NCBI GenBank assembly: GCA_012295275.1
Contig: CM022670.1
Span: 42,036,001-42,100,000 of the forward strand
DNA: 64,000 bases
DNA from: Chrysomallon squamiferum
Lineage: Eukaryota; Animalia; Mollusca
Direction: 5' to 3'
Part shown: positions 25,801-39,110 of the stretch, one piece after another
Layout: the number at the start of each line of letters is the position of its first letter
How positions within the stretch are numbered: position 1 is the stretch's first letter
The notes under the pieces: generated by a model
What the model was told of the DNA's origin: nothing
The model's input: the letters and a program-made list of their open reading frames with translations, nothing else
The model's database searches: none
Position numbers and translations under genes: made by a program

Positions 25801-28800
25801 TTAAAAAAATTTAAATACATTCTTATTATCCTCTTTTGTTTTGTTCTTATAACTGCTAATAAAACACAAATAAACAATACAATTCTGTATTTAAGTAAAT
25901 ATAAAAGTAACATTAATAAATTATTTTTCAAAGAAAGGAACAAAGAGAAATGAGCTGGTTCTAATATTAAATTGTTTACTTTAAGTATGATATTTATAAA
26001 TTAAATAAAGTTCACAAAATATTCAGATATTTTATAGTTAATCTATAAGCTATTGTTTTATCAATTAGCACATAACAACAATAAACTAATATTAATAAAC
26101 AAACCAATACATACAGGTCTGTTCACAGACAGACTCATACAGAGATACACATTCATACAAGTCAGACAGCTGGTTGCCAAGCTAGAACACAAGAGCCAGA
26201 TTTGACCAACCAAGCTGCATTAGCTCACTGACAAAACTGAATCCCCACTATACATCAACTCCCCACCCTGCTAAACCCACGTACCACTTGTTCAGATGTG
26301 TGTCTTAGTACATCAAGCTCGTCTTTCAGACTTCTTGATTCTTCTGCTAATGATGTTAATTCTGAATTCTGAAATCATACAAAATGACTCAGTTTTGATT
26401 TTAGATAAACTAATTATTAAAACGCAAGCATACAGCTGTTTATAATTCTTCAGTTGTTCTGTTCATATATTAAATTGATCAGTTGAGTGTATAGAATTAG
26501 GTCAAGGTTAAAATGGGTTATATTCAGTTTTACCAAACTGGTGGTTAGATAATTAACACTGATTAATTAATTATTGATTAGTTGTTACAGGACATGTTTA
26601 CTGTACAAAATTTATTACAGCCTGACTTTTTATAATTATATCTGATATTTTAATAAATGGCACAGTTCTGTCTAATTAAATATTATTTAGAAAAAAAACA
26701 CACCTTGTTCTTTAACTCAGCATGTTCTTTAGATAAAACCTCATATTTTATTCTGTAATCATCTTTCCCTGCAATGAAAGAAGAAAACTGAAAAATAAAC
26801 AAATGATGGAGTATAGTAGCCCAGTGGTTACCAGACTGCTATCTGCATCATGTCAGTGTGTGCTGTCTTTACACTGCAGGTTTCTCCTTCCTCACTGGGC
26901 TCTGGACAACAGATTGTTAAAGATAACAATAACTGAGTAACATTTGCTAAACACAACAATGTAGCTGACAGTAATATATTTTATTTACTAATGTATTAAC
27001 TATTTAAAAACTTTTCACTATATTCTGAAATCATCTAGTAATCAATATATAGCTCTCTATATATATATATGGTTCAATCATTACCAAATTAATAAGTTCA
27101 GCTACCTGTTTCTCATTTAAAAATTGTAATTATTTACTTATCTGTTTCTAACTTATAAAATGTAACCATTTTGTTACCTGTTTCTAATTTAAAAACTTCT
27201 TCTTGTAATTTTTCTATTTGTTGTTGTAGCTGGTGATACCTCTTACCAGCTGGAGTGCTGAAGGAAAACAAAACATATACTGACACATCTCAAACAGATC
27301 TTAAACAGAAAGTGTAATGTGATAGGGAAAAACAAAACATATACTGACACATCTCAAACAGATCTTAAACAGAAAGTGTAATGTGATAGGGAAAAACAAA
27401 ACATATACTGACACATCTCAAACAGATCTTAAACAGAAAGTGTAATGTGATAGGGAAAAACAAAACACATCTCAAACAGATCTTAAACAGAAAGTGTAAA
27501 ATTGATATTGATTAAATAGCTAGTTTTGTATGCTAAAATTAAGGTTTAGTTAAAAATGAGAGTGTTTTTATCTACCTTGGGTCATCAGTGCACTCCATCT
27601 GATGAAGTCTCTCTGCAAGTCGTTCATTTTCTATTGTCAGAGTCGTCCGCTCTTCTGACAGTGAGGCCACCTGAAATAAACAAACGACAGTTTAGTGTTC
27701 ATCATAAAAACAAGTTGAGTGTTCATCATAAAAACAAGTTTAGTGTTCATCATAAAAACAAGTTTAGTGTTCATCATAAAAACAAGTTGAGTGTTCATCA
27801 TAAAAACAAGTTGAGTTTTCATCATAAAAACAAGTTTAGTGTTCATCATAAAAACAAGTTGAGTGTTCATCATAAAAACAAGTTTAGTGTTCATCATAAA
27901 AACAAGTTGAGTTTTCATCATAAAAACAAGTTTAGTGTTCATCATAAAAACAAGTTGAGTGTTCATCATAAAACAAGTTGAGTTTTCATCATAAAAACAA
28001 GTTTAGTGTTCATCATAAAAACAAGTTGAGTTTTCATCATAAAAACAAGTTGAGTTTTCATCATAAAAACAAGTTGAGTGTTCATCATAAAAACAAGTTG
28101 AGTTTTCATCATAAAAACAAGTTTAGTTTTCATCATAAAAACCACAGTTTAGTTTTCATCATAAAACCAAGTTTAGTTTTCATCATAAAAACCACAGTTT
28201 AGTTTTCATCATCAAAACCACAGTTTAGTTTTCATCATCAAAACAAGTTTAGTTTTCTTCATAAAAACAAGTTTGGTTTTCATCATAAAAACATGTTTAG
28301 TTTTCATCATAAAAACCACAGTTTAGTTTTCATCATAAAAACCACAGTTTAGTTTTCATCATCAAAACAAGTTTAGTTTTCTTCATAAAAACAAGTTTAG
28401 TTTTCATCATAAAAACCACAGTTTAGTTTTCATCATAAAAACCACAGTTTAGTTTTCATCATCAAAACAAGTTTAGTTTTCTTCATAAAAACAAGTTTAG
28501 TTTTCATCATCAAAACAAGTTTAGTTTTCTTCATAAAAACAAGTTTAGTTTTCATCATAAAAACATGTTTAGTTTTCTTCATAAAAACAAGTTTAGTTTT
28601 CTTCATAAAAACCACAGTTTAGTTTTCATCACAAAAACCACAGTTTAGTTTTCATCATAAAAATAAGTTTAGTTTTCATCATAAAAACCAGTTTAGTTTT
28701 CATCATAAAAACAAGTTTAGTTTCATCACAAAATTTAGTTTCATTTTTTTAATAAAACTGGGTTTCTCTTTCATCATAAAAAGCATGATTTAAAAAACAA

Positions 28801-31800
28801 AATCATGAAAAGAAGTATTACTATACAAAAATTTCTCTGACAGACGTAAGTACCTGCATATCGAGCTCGTGACATCTTTGAAGAAGTTCGTCTTTGGTTT
28901 CTAAGGCACTGTTCAGTTCTTCAACCGTCTTCTTCAACTGTGATCAAAACACAAATACTCATTTACTTACATCTCAGATGAAATTATGAAAAGATTACAG
29001 ACACAAAATTCAACAAATAAATTAAATAAAAACAAAAATAAAAACCAGAACAACAACAAAATAAATCGAATAGTATTGACAACTTGGCAGAAATGATCTG
29101 TGTTTATTTCATCACAATTACATGATATTTAGTATTACACAAAATGGTGTAATGTGATAGCTAATTTAAAAATATTTGTTTTATAAATATTTATTCAAAC
29201 AGTCTCTACTGATAATCACGTCAATATGAGTTAACAGTAAACACTAATTCATCAATATCAACTTATTTATTTACTCTAACAAAAATTACACTAATAACCT
29301 GTAATATAAAAACACTATGTGGAGTAAACTGTTTTCTAAATGTGGATGTGAAATACTGGTTTAACACTAGTGTGCTGATTAATTCTCTTCTTTCACTTAC
29401 AGATGTTTTGTTCACTTACCTGTTCATTCAGTTCAGAATCAGCATCATTCAACGAGGGCATTTCTTTAGTCATCAACTGTAATTAAACACAAACCTCTAA
29501 GTTCTTGTTTATTACTTCTAACATAAGTGTGTGTGTTTGTTTGTATTTATCCATATACATATTATATTATGATATGCAAAAATGACTAGAAAATGTTATC
29601 TGTTAAAAGTTCTCACCTCCTGAATGGCCTTCATGATCATCTGTTGGACGGATTCCTCCATGGCCATGATTCTCTGAATGTACTCCTGTTTCTCCTCGCA
29701 GTTCACAGCACATCCAAGAATAAGTTGTAGCAAGCGACCCAGCTCAGCAGGGTTTCCGTGTTCACCTACAGTCAAACACACAATCACATATACATATTAC
29801 CCAGCTCAGCAGGGTTTTCGTGTTCACCTACAGTCAAACACACAATCACATATACATATTACCCAGCTCAGCAGGGTTTCCATGTGCACCTACAGTCAAA
29901 CACACAATCACATATACATATTACCCAGCTCAGCAGGGTTTCCGTGTTCACCTACAGTCAAACACACAATCACATATACATATCAGCAGGGTTTCGTTTC
30001 GCCCAGTCAAACACACAATCACATCAGCTCAGGGGTTTCCGTGTTCACCTACAGTCAAACACACAATCACATATACATATTACCCAGAACAGCAGGGTTT
30101 CCGTGTTCACCTACAGTCAAACACACAATCACATATATATATTACCCAGCTCAGCAGGGTTTCTTTGTTGAACTACTGTCAAATACACATAACATATGTA
30201 AGAAAGTTTTACTATTTAACCGAAAGTTAAAGACCAACAATCATGAAAAACATAGATGACTATTGCTTGGTATCCATGTATCCCATTTGTAATGAATATG
30301 AAGCCTTGAAGTTGGAACTCTTTGTGTTGATTTGATGGATGTTTTCATTACATTCACAATAATAATGTTGGGGAATAAATACAAACAATAACAGGTCAAA
30401 AGTATGGTCATCTATTTATAAAGACGACAGAATTAACAGCAAAACTTAGAAAACTGAAGTTCAATGTGCAAAATGGAAAAATATTAAAAAATAATTTGTC
30501 GTTTTAATCATATAGTGGTGTTCATAAAATACACCCAATGTTGTTAATTTTAACTGTACAAAGATTTTTTTTTCTCACAAACACTTCCCTCATTCAGTTG
30601 TCTATATGAATTTATAAATGTGTTAAAAATATAATTTCTTTCCATTTTCTGTAGAATAATATCCTATTACTCACAGATGGCACTTTAATCCAGACTAATT
30701 AAATTTTTAAATGTGTACTAAGACATTACTGGTTAATAATACTCTGATTAGTACAAAATATTTTAACTTTAAAACAGAGCACAGACTATAAAGAGTGAAG
30801 ATTTATAATTTATACCTAATACACACAATTATATATTTGATATACTTCATCATATCAAAAACTTAGCTATGTATTAAAATTGTCGCACACAAACACACAC
30901 ATCTAGAATAGTTTATCATTTCTACTTACCTATAGCATTAATGTCAGGCATTAAAAAATCTTGAATGTGTATTCCAAGAACCTGTGAAATACAGTAATAC
31001 CAATGCCATAAATATTTGGTAATGACAAAAAACTTTAATAACTGTAATGTTTATGTTGATAATTTTTTATTTATACTTATTTATTTAATCTTATGATTAA
31101 AAGCTTCTTTAGGTATAAATCTATTTCCACTCTTTAATAATTAAACTTACATCAAGGTTGTATTCAAGGATACCCTGCAGAATTTTCTTCAAATTGCTGA
31201 CCTGAAAAATATATTTTTTTTGAAAATCAAAGATTTGTTTCATTTCATAATACATATATTTATTTACTGTCTCTGCACAGTGAATATTACATTTTAGATT
31301 TCTGAGGTCAATGCATTTGTGAGTACACGTGTTCTTGCATGTGTGTTTCTCATATGTGTGTGTATGAATTTAGTAGTAGAATACCTTAACTCGCCAGTTA
31401 GTCACATCATCTTTGATCTTCATTCTCCACGCTTCATCAAAATAATCTGGAGCTCTGGATTGACACAAATATACAAAATTATTATTTTCTTCACATAAAC
31501 CTTACCTAAACAGTGAATAAATATAACATAAAACAAGTAATATATACACAGTTGTTAAATGAAACAAGCAGGGTTGGTCTTCGGATTGATCACAGCAAAT
31601 GTATGCTAAATAACATTTCTTCCCTTGCTGAAGTTGTGGAAATTTCCTCTGTTGTTTGTTTTTCATATTTATTACTGTGACAGAAAGAATTAACAAACAA
31701 AGAATTTAGAGTTTTGAACACTATTATTATTATTATTATAATTATTATTTTATATATTTTTTTATTTTATTATTTATTATTTTAAATTAATTTTTTTAAT

Positions 31801-33592
31801 CTGTATTTGGGTGATCTGAAACTTAAGATGTGATAGAACCTTAAGCTGTCCAAAGAAATAAAATATAAACATTATGTAAAGCAAAGTTAAAAAAACAATC
31901 ATACAAATGTGTTAACTAAAACAATTTAAAAACTTAAAATTAAGAAATGGAAACAAAACCAGACTTTACACATTTTAGAAAGTATTAAATGCAAAATGTA
32001 TAAATTATAATTGAGTATATGAGCAGAATCACATCCATAACATATACATATATGGATATGTATATGTAAATTTCTTTTTCTAAATCAAGAAAAAAGTGAA
32101 CTAACATTGACCTTACTATAAAGTATAATAATGTATAAGGTAAACACAGGCAGTGTGCAGGTGTTCATTGTGTAACTTAGTATGAAGTTTACTCACATCT
32201 GTTGTAAAACCTGGGCCATCACTCGGCCATCACTCAGCTCCTCTGACGTCTGGCACGGGAAATCTACATTGAATGTGCTCAGCTGAAAAAGTAATTTTGT
32301 TTTTACAAATAATCCTAACTTCAGCTAAAATAAACAGGAGGGGTTTTTTTTTTTTTTTTTTTACTGAAATACATTATGCTAATATATTATTACTTGCATG
32401 AGCTAACTGTTTTTTTGTTTTTTTTTACCAAATATTATTCTCATACAGTATTACTTCTGTGGGTACATTAAACATTTTTTTGGATGTCCATGTCTTTCAA
32501 TGAAATAAATCTAATTAAAATATTCCTTTCAATAAAGACAAAACAAAATTCCATTCAATTTTATCATATATTTCAACAATTCATGTTTACTGTGATCAAA
32601 TACTGAATTCATTTTAATATTAACATTCCATCTTTGTAAAGGAGACAAAAAAGTGTTATTTCAATGTTGTGTTTCTGTATATTATAAATGACTATTTTAT
32701 ATATAATGGACTGTCATGGTTATTTTAGATGTACTATGTCTTAGAGACATATCTGCAGTTAGGATTAACTTCATGAATTGAGCAACTTTGTGATGGTGGC
32801 AAGTCATAAAACTATCAATAGCAATTCAGGATTTGAATTTAACAGATGCAAACAGTTAAAATGCTGTTAGCACATGAAATATGTCTTTATTACCACATAC
32901 TGTTATCTATCATAATCATTATATCATAGAATCATTTTTATCAGAAATTTGTTTTTGTTTGGTAAACATTTCAAATTACAATAATAAATCAGTGATAAAA
33001 AAATGTAGAAAGATGATCGTTTGTTTATGTTTATTTATATCTAAACTCATTAGATAAATAGAGCTCATTTCAACATATGAACTATTCCTGACATATTGAT
33101 GATATTCCTATCATTTATATTGTCAATTTGTTCATAAAATATTTATTTATTTTTATCTTGTTGGTACGGTAATATTTTACTGATATGTAATAATTATATC
33201 ATCTTAATTATTATAATACACTGTAAACAAATGTTAAACATGTGACTGTGACCGTGAGTGTGACACTGCCTTTTAATCCTATTGTGACGAAGTCGTGTGT
33301 ATACGAAATTTAATCAAATATGAAGGCTTCATTTATAACTTAATGATGGGAGCAGCTTACGCTTCAAAAATTACTGGTGTAGTGTCTACTATAAATTACT
33401 AAGTGATCGACTTCAGGTATCTGGTTTATAATGGATAATTTCCCGTAGGATGATTATGAAGACCAATAAGTGAATAACCCAATATCTGAATATGAATATC
33501 TGAATATGAATATTGTCTGGTATTTAACTACTTATTATGACAAATATTCTTACCCATGTTATAAGGCTGTCACAAAGTTTATCCCTATCCAT
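19809..33592 (-). CDS. HOOK3: Hook microtubule-tethering protein (dynein adaptor, HOOK3-like), 21 coding exons, about 711 aa
   Basis: Phase-consistent exons: 33554-33592, 32197-32282, 31385-31454, 31151-31201, 30930-30981, 29617-29765, 29420-29476, 28854-28937, 27576-27670, 27178-27257, 26704-26768, 26285-26368, 25742-25784, 25384-25469, 24926-25090, 24210-24358, 22689-22829, 22202-22505, 20897-20995, 20531-20602, 19809/19813-19973. Hook motifs [63 protein letters not shown]. The extreme C-terminus is uncertain. The symbol reflects family similarity and synteny; invertebrates usually have a single Hook. Confidence 0.95.
20345..20535. repeat. About 42-bp tandem repeat overlapping the Hook exon 20 donor
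   Basis: Unit tactcaccaatttataccacatttgtatcacacatgctcaac includes the donor TTG|GTGAGTA. Confidence 0.85.
21027..21483. repeat. 24-30 bp minisatellite next to the Hook exon 19 acceptor
   Basis: Unit aaacacacagtataaacactttacact. Confidence 0.92.
21905..22218. repeat. 76-bp tandem repeat overlapping the Hook exon 18 donor
   Basis: gtactcta at 22041, 22117 and 22193; units include the exon end tgtctggccttgtc. Confidence 0.9.
22831..23220. repeat. About 76-bp tandem repeat abutting the Hook exon 17 acceptor
   Basis: Unit tttaaatacacacttctatatttatctcaatgtagcaatactcatgtttctattacaaaatatatacaacttgctta, about 5 copies. Confidence 0.92.
23780..24030. repeat. About 30-bp degenerate minisatellite
   Basis: Unit ggttatttaaatacaaaatttatacaattt. 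Confidence 0.8.
24360..24812. repeat. 39-bp minisatellite abutting the Hook exon 16 acceptor
   Basis: Unit tgtttataatgtaatatatcagtaaaacatacaactatg, about 11 copies. Confidence 0.95.
27263..27499. repeat. 64-bp tandem repeat abutting the Hook exon 10 acceptor
   Basis: Unit ggaaaaacaaaacatatactgacacatctcaaacagatcttaaacagaaagtgtaatgtgatag, about 4 copies. Confidence 0.93.
27689..28743. repeat. 21-23 bp minisatellite filling most of Hook intron 8
   Basis: Unit agtttagtgttcatcataaaaaca-like, roughly 48 copies, starting about 18 nt from the exon 9 acceptor. Confidence 0.96.
29738..30185. repeat. 62-bp tandem repeat that duplicates the Hook exon 6 acceptor and exon start
   Basis: Unit cccagctcagcagggtttccgtgttcacctacagtcaaacacacaatcacatatacatatta at 29738, 29800, 29862, 29924, 30083 and 30145, plus partial copies. 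Confidence 0.95.
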
Positions 33593-34416
33593 GTTATCAA
33601 AGAGAGTGACTAATCAAATAAAAAATAAACAAACAATTCTTAAATTAACCATTTGCAGCACCCAATCTGCCAAACCAACTCCCCAAAAGTGATCGAAGGC
33701 AGGGAGACAACTCCTTGAACTTCCTGTTTTGTTATTGTATTTTCGTACCAATTGGTTCTATTTAAAAATGTATGTAGCTGTAAACGTTGAAATTAGGAAT
33801 CATCTACATTAAACAAGAATAAAGAGCCACACTATTAGTGTAATGATTACCGTATTTAATTTCCAGTTTAAAAATACATATTCCAATAAAAACTGTTACA
33901 CCATCATTTATTCTCTTTCCTTCGAAAAATGTTCGACCATATATCATTATATGATTATATCATATATTATAATTAAGTAATTACTAAATTAGTTAGCCTA
34001 CTTGGTACTTAATTTGCAACATTTTCATGATTTATTTGTGGAGGCTTTTATATATAAAATAAAAATACGATTATAAAATGGATTTATATATTTTTGTTGC
34101 TGCTGAATTCAATATCTGCTCGAAAAATATTAACCAGTATGTTTATTATCAGATTTTAATTTGTCCTTATGAATTAAAATAATTATATAAATAATAAAGG
34201 AACAACAATAGCAATAACAATAATATTATTAATAATAATAAAGAACAGAATAAAAAAAAAAGGGGTCATGGACCAATGCGTGGCTAGATGCGTAATATTT
34301 AACATGTTCACAGTTTATTGTAGCTTTCATTTCCGTGTCGAGTGGTCAAGTCAATTTTAGATTTATGATGTTTTGTAACTTTCATGTTCGCTGTCTCGAC
34401 ATCTTTCTTTAAAGAA
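33593..34416. promoter_or_regulatory. Bidirectional promoter region, Hook / RNF170
   Basis: 824 bp between divergent ATGs; locally CpG-retaining; ETS-like ACTTCCTG near 33719 and CCAAT boxes near 33748 and 34272. Confidence 0.7.
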
Positions 34417-37139
34417 ATGGGTTCATATCTTCGTCGAACAAATCTTATTGAGGGTATTGGAAATGAAGTCATTGTTGGACTAGGAACATTTACCTGTTTG
34501 TTGGTGACTTCTCTTGCGTATATTTATAAAAGGTTTGTCAGATTTTCGCAGAATTAACATGATAAATCAAAAATAATAAAATAGTAAAAGAAAAATGTTC
34601 TTGTAATAATGATATTTTGGTATATATTTTTAAAATTGTTAAAAAAGATACCAGTTTTAATGTTAGACGATTGAAAATATGGTGCATTTTGAATTAAAAT
34701 TCAAACAATAATTATATTAAAAGTGTTGATAAAATATTATGTAATTTTAACTTATTTATTTATTTATTTATTTATTAACTTTGTAATGAAAATGCTATTC
34801 CAGTAATACGAAGTCATTTACAAGAGGATTTAAATACACACGTATAAAATTCAAATGAGCTCAGCATTAATAAGTTTACTGTTTTACAGCACAAGAAGAA
34901 GAACACAACATATTCATCCTGACAGTGCAGGAAATGTTGAAACAACAAGACAGTTTCTACATCAGGAAGATTTAAATCGTCCAGAAGTCACTCAGTCGGT
35001 GAGACAACAGAATGATGGTCAGCTGCAGTGTCCAATCTGTCTGGCTGAGGCGTCGTTTGCAGTGGAGACAAACTGTGGTCACCTGTTTTGTGGTTTGTGT
35101 TGATCTGTTTATCAGTGAGAAATTTTTAAGTATAAAATGAAGATGAGCTTTATCTTACTCTACCACTAGTTTATTAAAGCATGTTTTTTAAAGTATGTAA
35201 TTTGCTGTTTATGGTTAGGTGGATATAAAATGTCTCTTGGTGCTAACTGAAGAAGGCTAAACTTTCATTGCACCTTTATGGGTTTTTTAAAATCATATTA
35301 CCATTGTTATATGTGTTGTGCAGAATACATCATTAATTCTTTCTTCCTTCTGATTTTATTCACTGGGATAAAGTATAAAATACTTGTATAGTTCATTTTC
35401 ATTATATTACAGTACTTTATTTCATATCAAATAAATTGAGATTTTTTAAATTTAATCACAGAATACAAATCTAGCTTTTAATGATATGTGTACATGCATG
35501 CCAGTGAATGGCACTGTTCCGTTATTATCATTTTTATCAAACTTGTATCAGAAATTCATTGCCTTATTTACCACATACACATATTAAGTTTACATTAGTT
35601 TTTCCCAGTAATGTCCCTTAGTCATTACTATTTAAAATGTAATTTGGTATTTTCTGCTTTCTTATATTTGTGAGTTGGTAATGCTGGTTTGACATTTTAG
35701 TTTATGTATCTATTACTATTAGCTGGTGCTATTTGAAACATTGCTGTTATTAGAATTAGTATATTTATTTATTTTTATGTAGGTTTTTAAACCACTGTTT
35801 TTCTCCTGTTCTTCTCTCACTAGTATTGTTTTACCTGCAGGTCACTGCTGTATAACATACTGGCAACACGGTCAGTGGCTTGGGGCCATCCGATGTCCAG
35901 TTTGTCGACAACAGGTAATAAAAAACACAAACTTTTTAATATTTTCTAAGTCGGTGTGCATTTAATCAGTCTCCCAAAGCTTTAGGAAACAAGCAGTATA
36001 ATATAGATTTTATATTTTGAAAGCAGACTGTCCCAGAAATTAATTCTATATTTTAGTTTTTCCTTTTTTATAAATGAAGTCCTTTATATGCTGAAATGTG
36101 TGTATACGGTCAGAACTGATTTATCAAATGTTAAGATTTGTGTTTATCTCTTTTCAGTGACAACATCTGATGTCATCTGTTGTATCATTATTTAAAAAAA
36201 GAAAATAATTACAACTTGTATTATGAAATATTGGAAGGAACATTAACCATTTTATAGCAGGCTTTATCTCCCCTTTTCTCTTTTGTTTTCCTAATATAGG
36301 TACATGCAAAAGAAGAAAAAAAATTATATATATATATTTATATTTGTTTTTAAATGCAGGTTACAATTCTACTAAGGAATTTTACAGCTGAAGAAAATAA
36401 CACAAACAGTCCTGACAAGGAATTAGTGTTAGAGCAAATAAACAATTACAACAGGCGATTCTCTGGTCAGCCTAGACCTGTGAGTTACAAAATATTTATC
36501 ACAGAATAAACAACAAAATGCCTCATTTACAAAACACAATAAATTTCAGAACTAGTATGGATTTGTAATATTTCTTTCAAACACTAAGTAATGTTTGATT
36601 CTAATGAACAGTCTGTAATACAGTATATTGAATAACTACATTTTGTTCTTCACAGAGGAGTTCTCTCTTTTCCAGCAATAATGAATCATGATCTGTATAA
36701 GTTATTTCTTTCTCCAGTTTATAATATAACTGATTTCATTTTTATATAATTTTATAGAAACTGATAAAATCTTATGGAAATTTTGTTAAACATTAAGTAG
36801 TTGTGTGTGTGTATACATACTTACATATATCTTTTTCTTCAGATTTTGGATTATCTACGTGACCTGCCTACATTACTTAGACATGCTCTAGCTGAATTTT
36901 TCTCTATCGGAGGACTAATTTGGATGTTTCGAATGCGAGTGATTGTCTGTTTCTTAGCTGCATTGTTCTATTTTATTTCTCCTCTAGATCTCATTCCAGA
37001 AGCGGTGTTTGGCCTGCTGGGATTTCTTGATGACATTTTTATTATCGTTCTCTTGGCTATTTATATCACAATAATTTACCGTCAGGTGGTAGAGGCACGT
37101 GCTAACAATCAGGCTATGAACACCGACCACACCTCTTGA
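34417..37139 (+). CDS. RNF170: E3 ubiquitin ligase RNF170, 5 exons, 269 aa
   Basis: Exons 34417-34532, 34890-35092, 35841-35914, 36360-36479, 36843-37139. IEGIGNEV plus TM segment; C3HC4 RING CPICL...[12 protein letters not shown]...CPVCRQ; [10 protein letters not shown]; C-terminal [22 protein letters not shown] (DUF1232-like). Confidence 0.96.
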
Positions 37140-39110
37140 CAGGTAAAACTTGTCTCAGATTTTAAAAACTTTTCTTCTAAAGATAACCTTACCTGAACAT
37201 GACTTTATAAATTTAAAGTGTCCAATCTCTTGTCAAACAAGAAAATGTTATTTATTTATAGTTGTTTGTTAATGAAATTTAGGAGTAAATGCATAACTAT
37301 ACTAAAATACAAGTCTTGATTACTGAAAAATTAAAAACAACAGAAAAAACTTCAGTAAATAGAAACAATTTCAAATGACGTTAAGAAACTAATTTGAAAT
37401 AAACTGGTTTAAGAAGTATATTTTTGTGTTAATATATTACAAAAATAGTTTCTGCTAAATTTCTGTACCTTGTAAAAAATAACTTGAAAACTGTGTTGGT
37501 AAAAAATCAAATTATCAAATTTATGATTCACTATTCAGTTTTATTTCTAACATTCCTTTTTCATACTCTTAAACAAAAAGGAACTTTTTTATTATTATAC
37601 ATTATTATTAACATAAACATGATGAAACTCATTCTTTTCTAACATTTGTTTATGTTACATATGTAGTGGCCACACTCTTTTGCTAAACCAGCCCTGTGAT
37701 TCATCATCTACTAATGTTGCCCATTAAGAATACAGCAAAGTTTCAAGATCAGGGTAACTTTCCTAACATTTAACTGCAGTCAAAATATGCATCTGATTTA
37801 CAAGTTTGTTTATCAGTTATTGTAAAATAAATTACTTTTATTGGTTAATTGTCAAACAAAGGTGTTATTGTGAAAGTATAACCTCAAATGCATTAGATTA
37901 TTGTTGTATTTGGCCACTTGCATTTGTTAAGTGACACATTATTTCATGATGTTCAATAAGGCTATTAGTTACCTGCTGATTTCAGCTGAATAATTTTTGA
38001 TTCATGCAGTATATTTTTAATATGGCAGTAAATAATATGTCCTGTTATATATATTTATTTATTTTGGTTGTTGCTTGACTGTAACATGAATGGTTACTGT
38101 TCAAATCCATGTATGTGCCTTTAAATAAACGAAAAATTATTGGTTGTATTTATATCTCTGATTTTATATGATTTATATTAAACAAGCTGCTTGAAATTAT
38201 GTACATTTGAGAATAAATATGAAGTAGGGTTCACTTCATCAGGTTATGGAAAACAAAAACGTTTCTGTTGTACCGTTTAGAAGAATAATTTGAATAGAAC
38301 TTGTTTTAATTTGTTATTTATGAACCATTTCCAGTGCAGATGGTAAATATTTACTTTTTCAAATTTTTTTTCTTGCAAATGTATAGTATTCAAAGCAAAG
38401 TGCAGATATACTGCATTAATTAACATGCAGTCATTTGCTGCTAAACTTTAACTGAAAAAATGTTTTTGTACATTTTTAATGTATTTTTTGTACTTGTAAA
38501 AATTATTTCAAAAGAAGTTATTCAAGCCTGATGTAAATTACTAGATAAAAAAAAAAGTTTGTATTTTGTTTCTACAAGTTCAGTTATGGTGTTAATTTTA
38601 ATTATTCTTGTGCTATTTCTATTTGATTAACAACTGTGAAGAAAGTTATTATATCAAATTAAAAGATTATTAAACTGTTTTACCTTACTCATTTTTTTAA
38701 TTGTTTGTATGATATAGATTTTGTTTCAGTAACATTATAAAGGTAACAGGTTTGAGATGAAGTGAAGACTTCTTTTGGTTTATTTCATAATATTTCATTT
38801 AATTGATACAAACATTCTAAATGTTTTACTAAAACATGCATTGTCAGCAAATTTAAATCATCATTAACCAAATTTTGGTTGAATGATTTGTGCTTACTTC
38901 ATTTGAAAAATGTAAGGACATCACTATAATATCCACTAAATTTCATTTGCAGTGACACCAGACTTTTCACTTTAAACTTTCAGTGAAAAAAACAACAAAA
39001 AAACAAATTCAAACTGAACTGCTATTTACTCTCAAGAACTGTCAAGAATAAACAAAAAAACCAGCAGGACACTGCAAATTAAGAAAATCATGTTTTAGAC
39101 ACAAGTTATG

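Noticed and set aside
26810-26920. tRNA or SINE-like start (tagcccagtggtta)
   Set aside because: Only an A-box-like match; no B-box or cloverleaf.
27689-28743. CRISPR-like appearance of short regular repeats (also 45510-46200 and 24360-24812)
   Set aside because: Units are contiguous with no unique spacers, there are no cas genes, and they lie in eukaryotic introns.
29678-30259. 193-aa plus-strand ORF and overlapping ORFs
   Set aside because: Antisense translation of the 62-bp tandem array; no independent coding signal.
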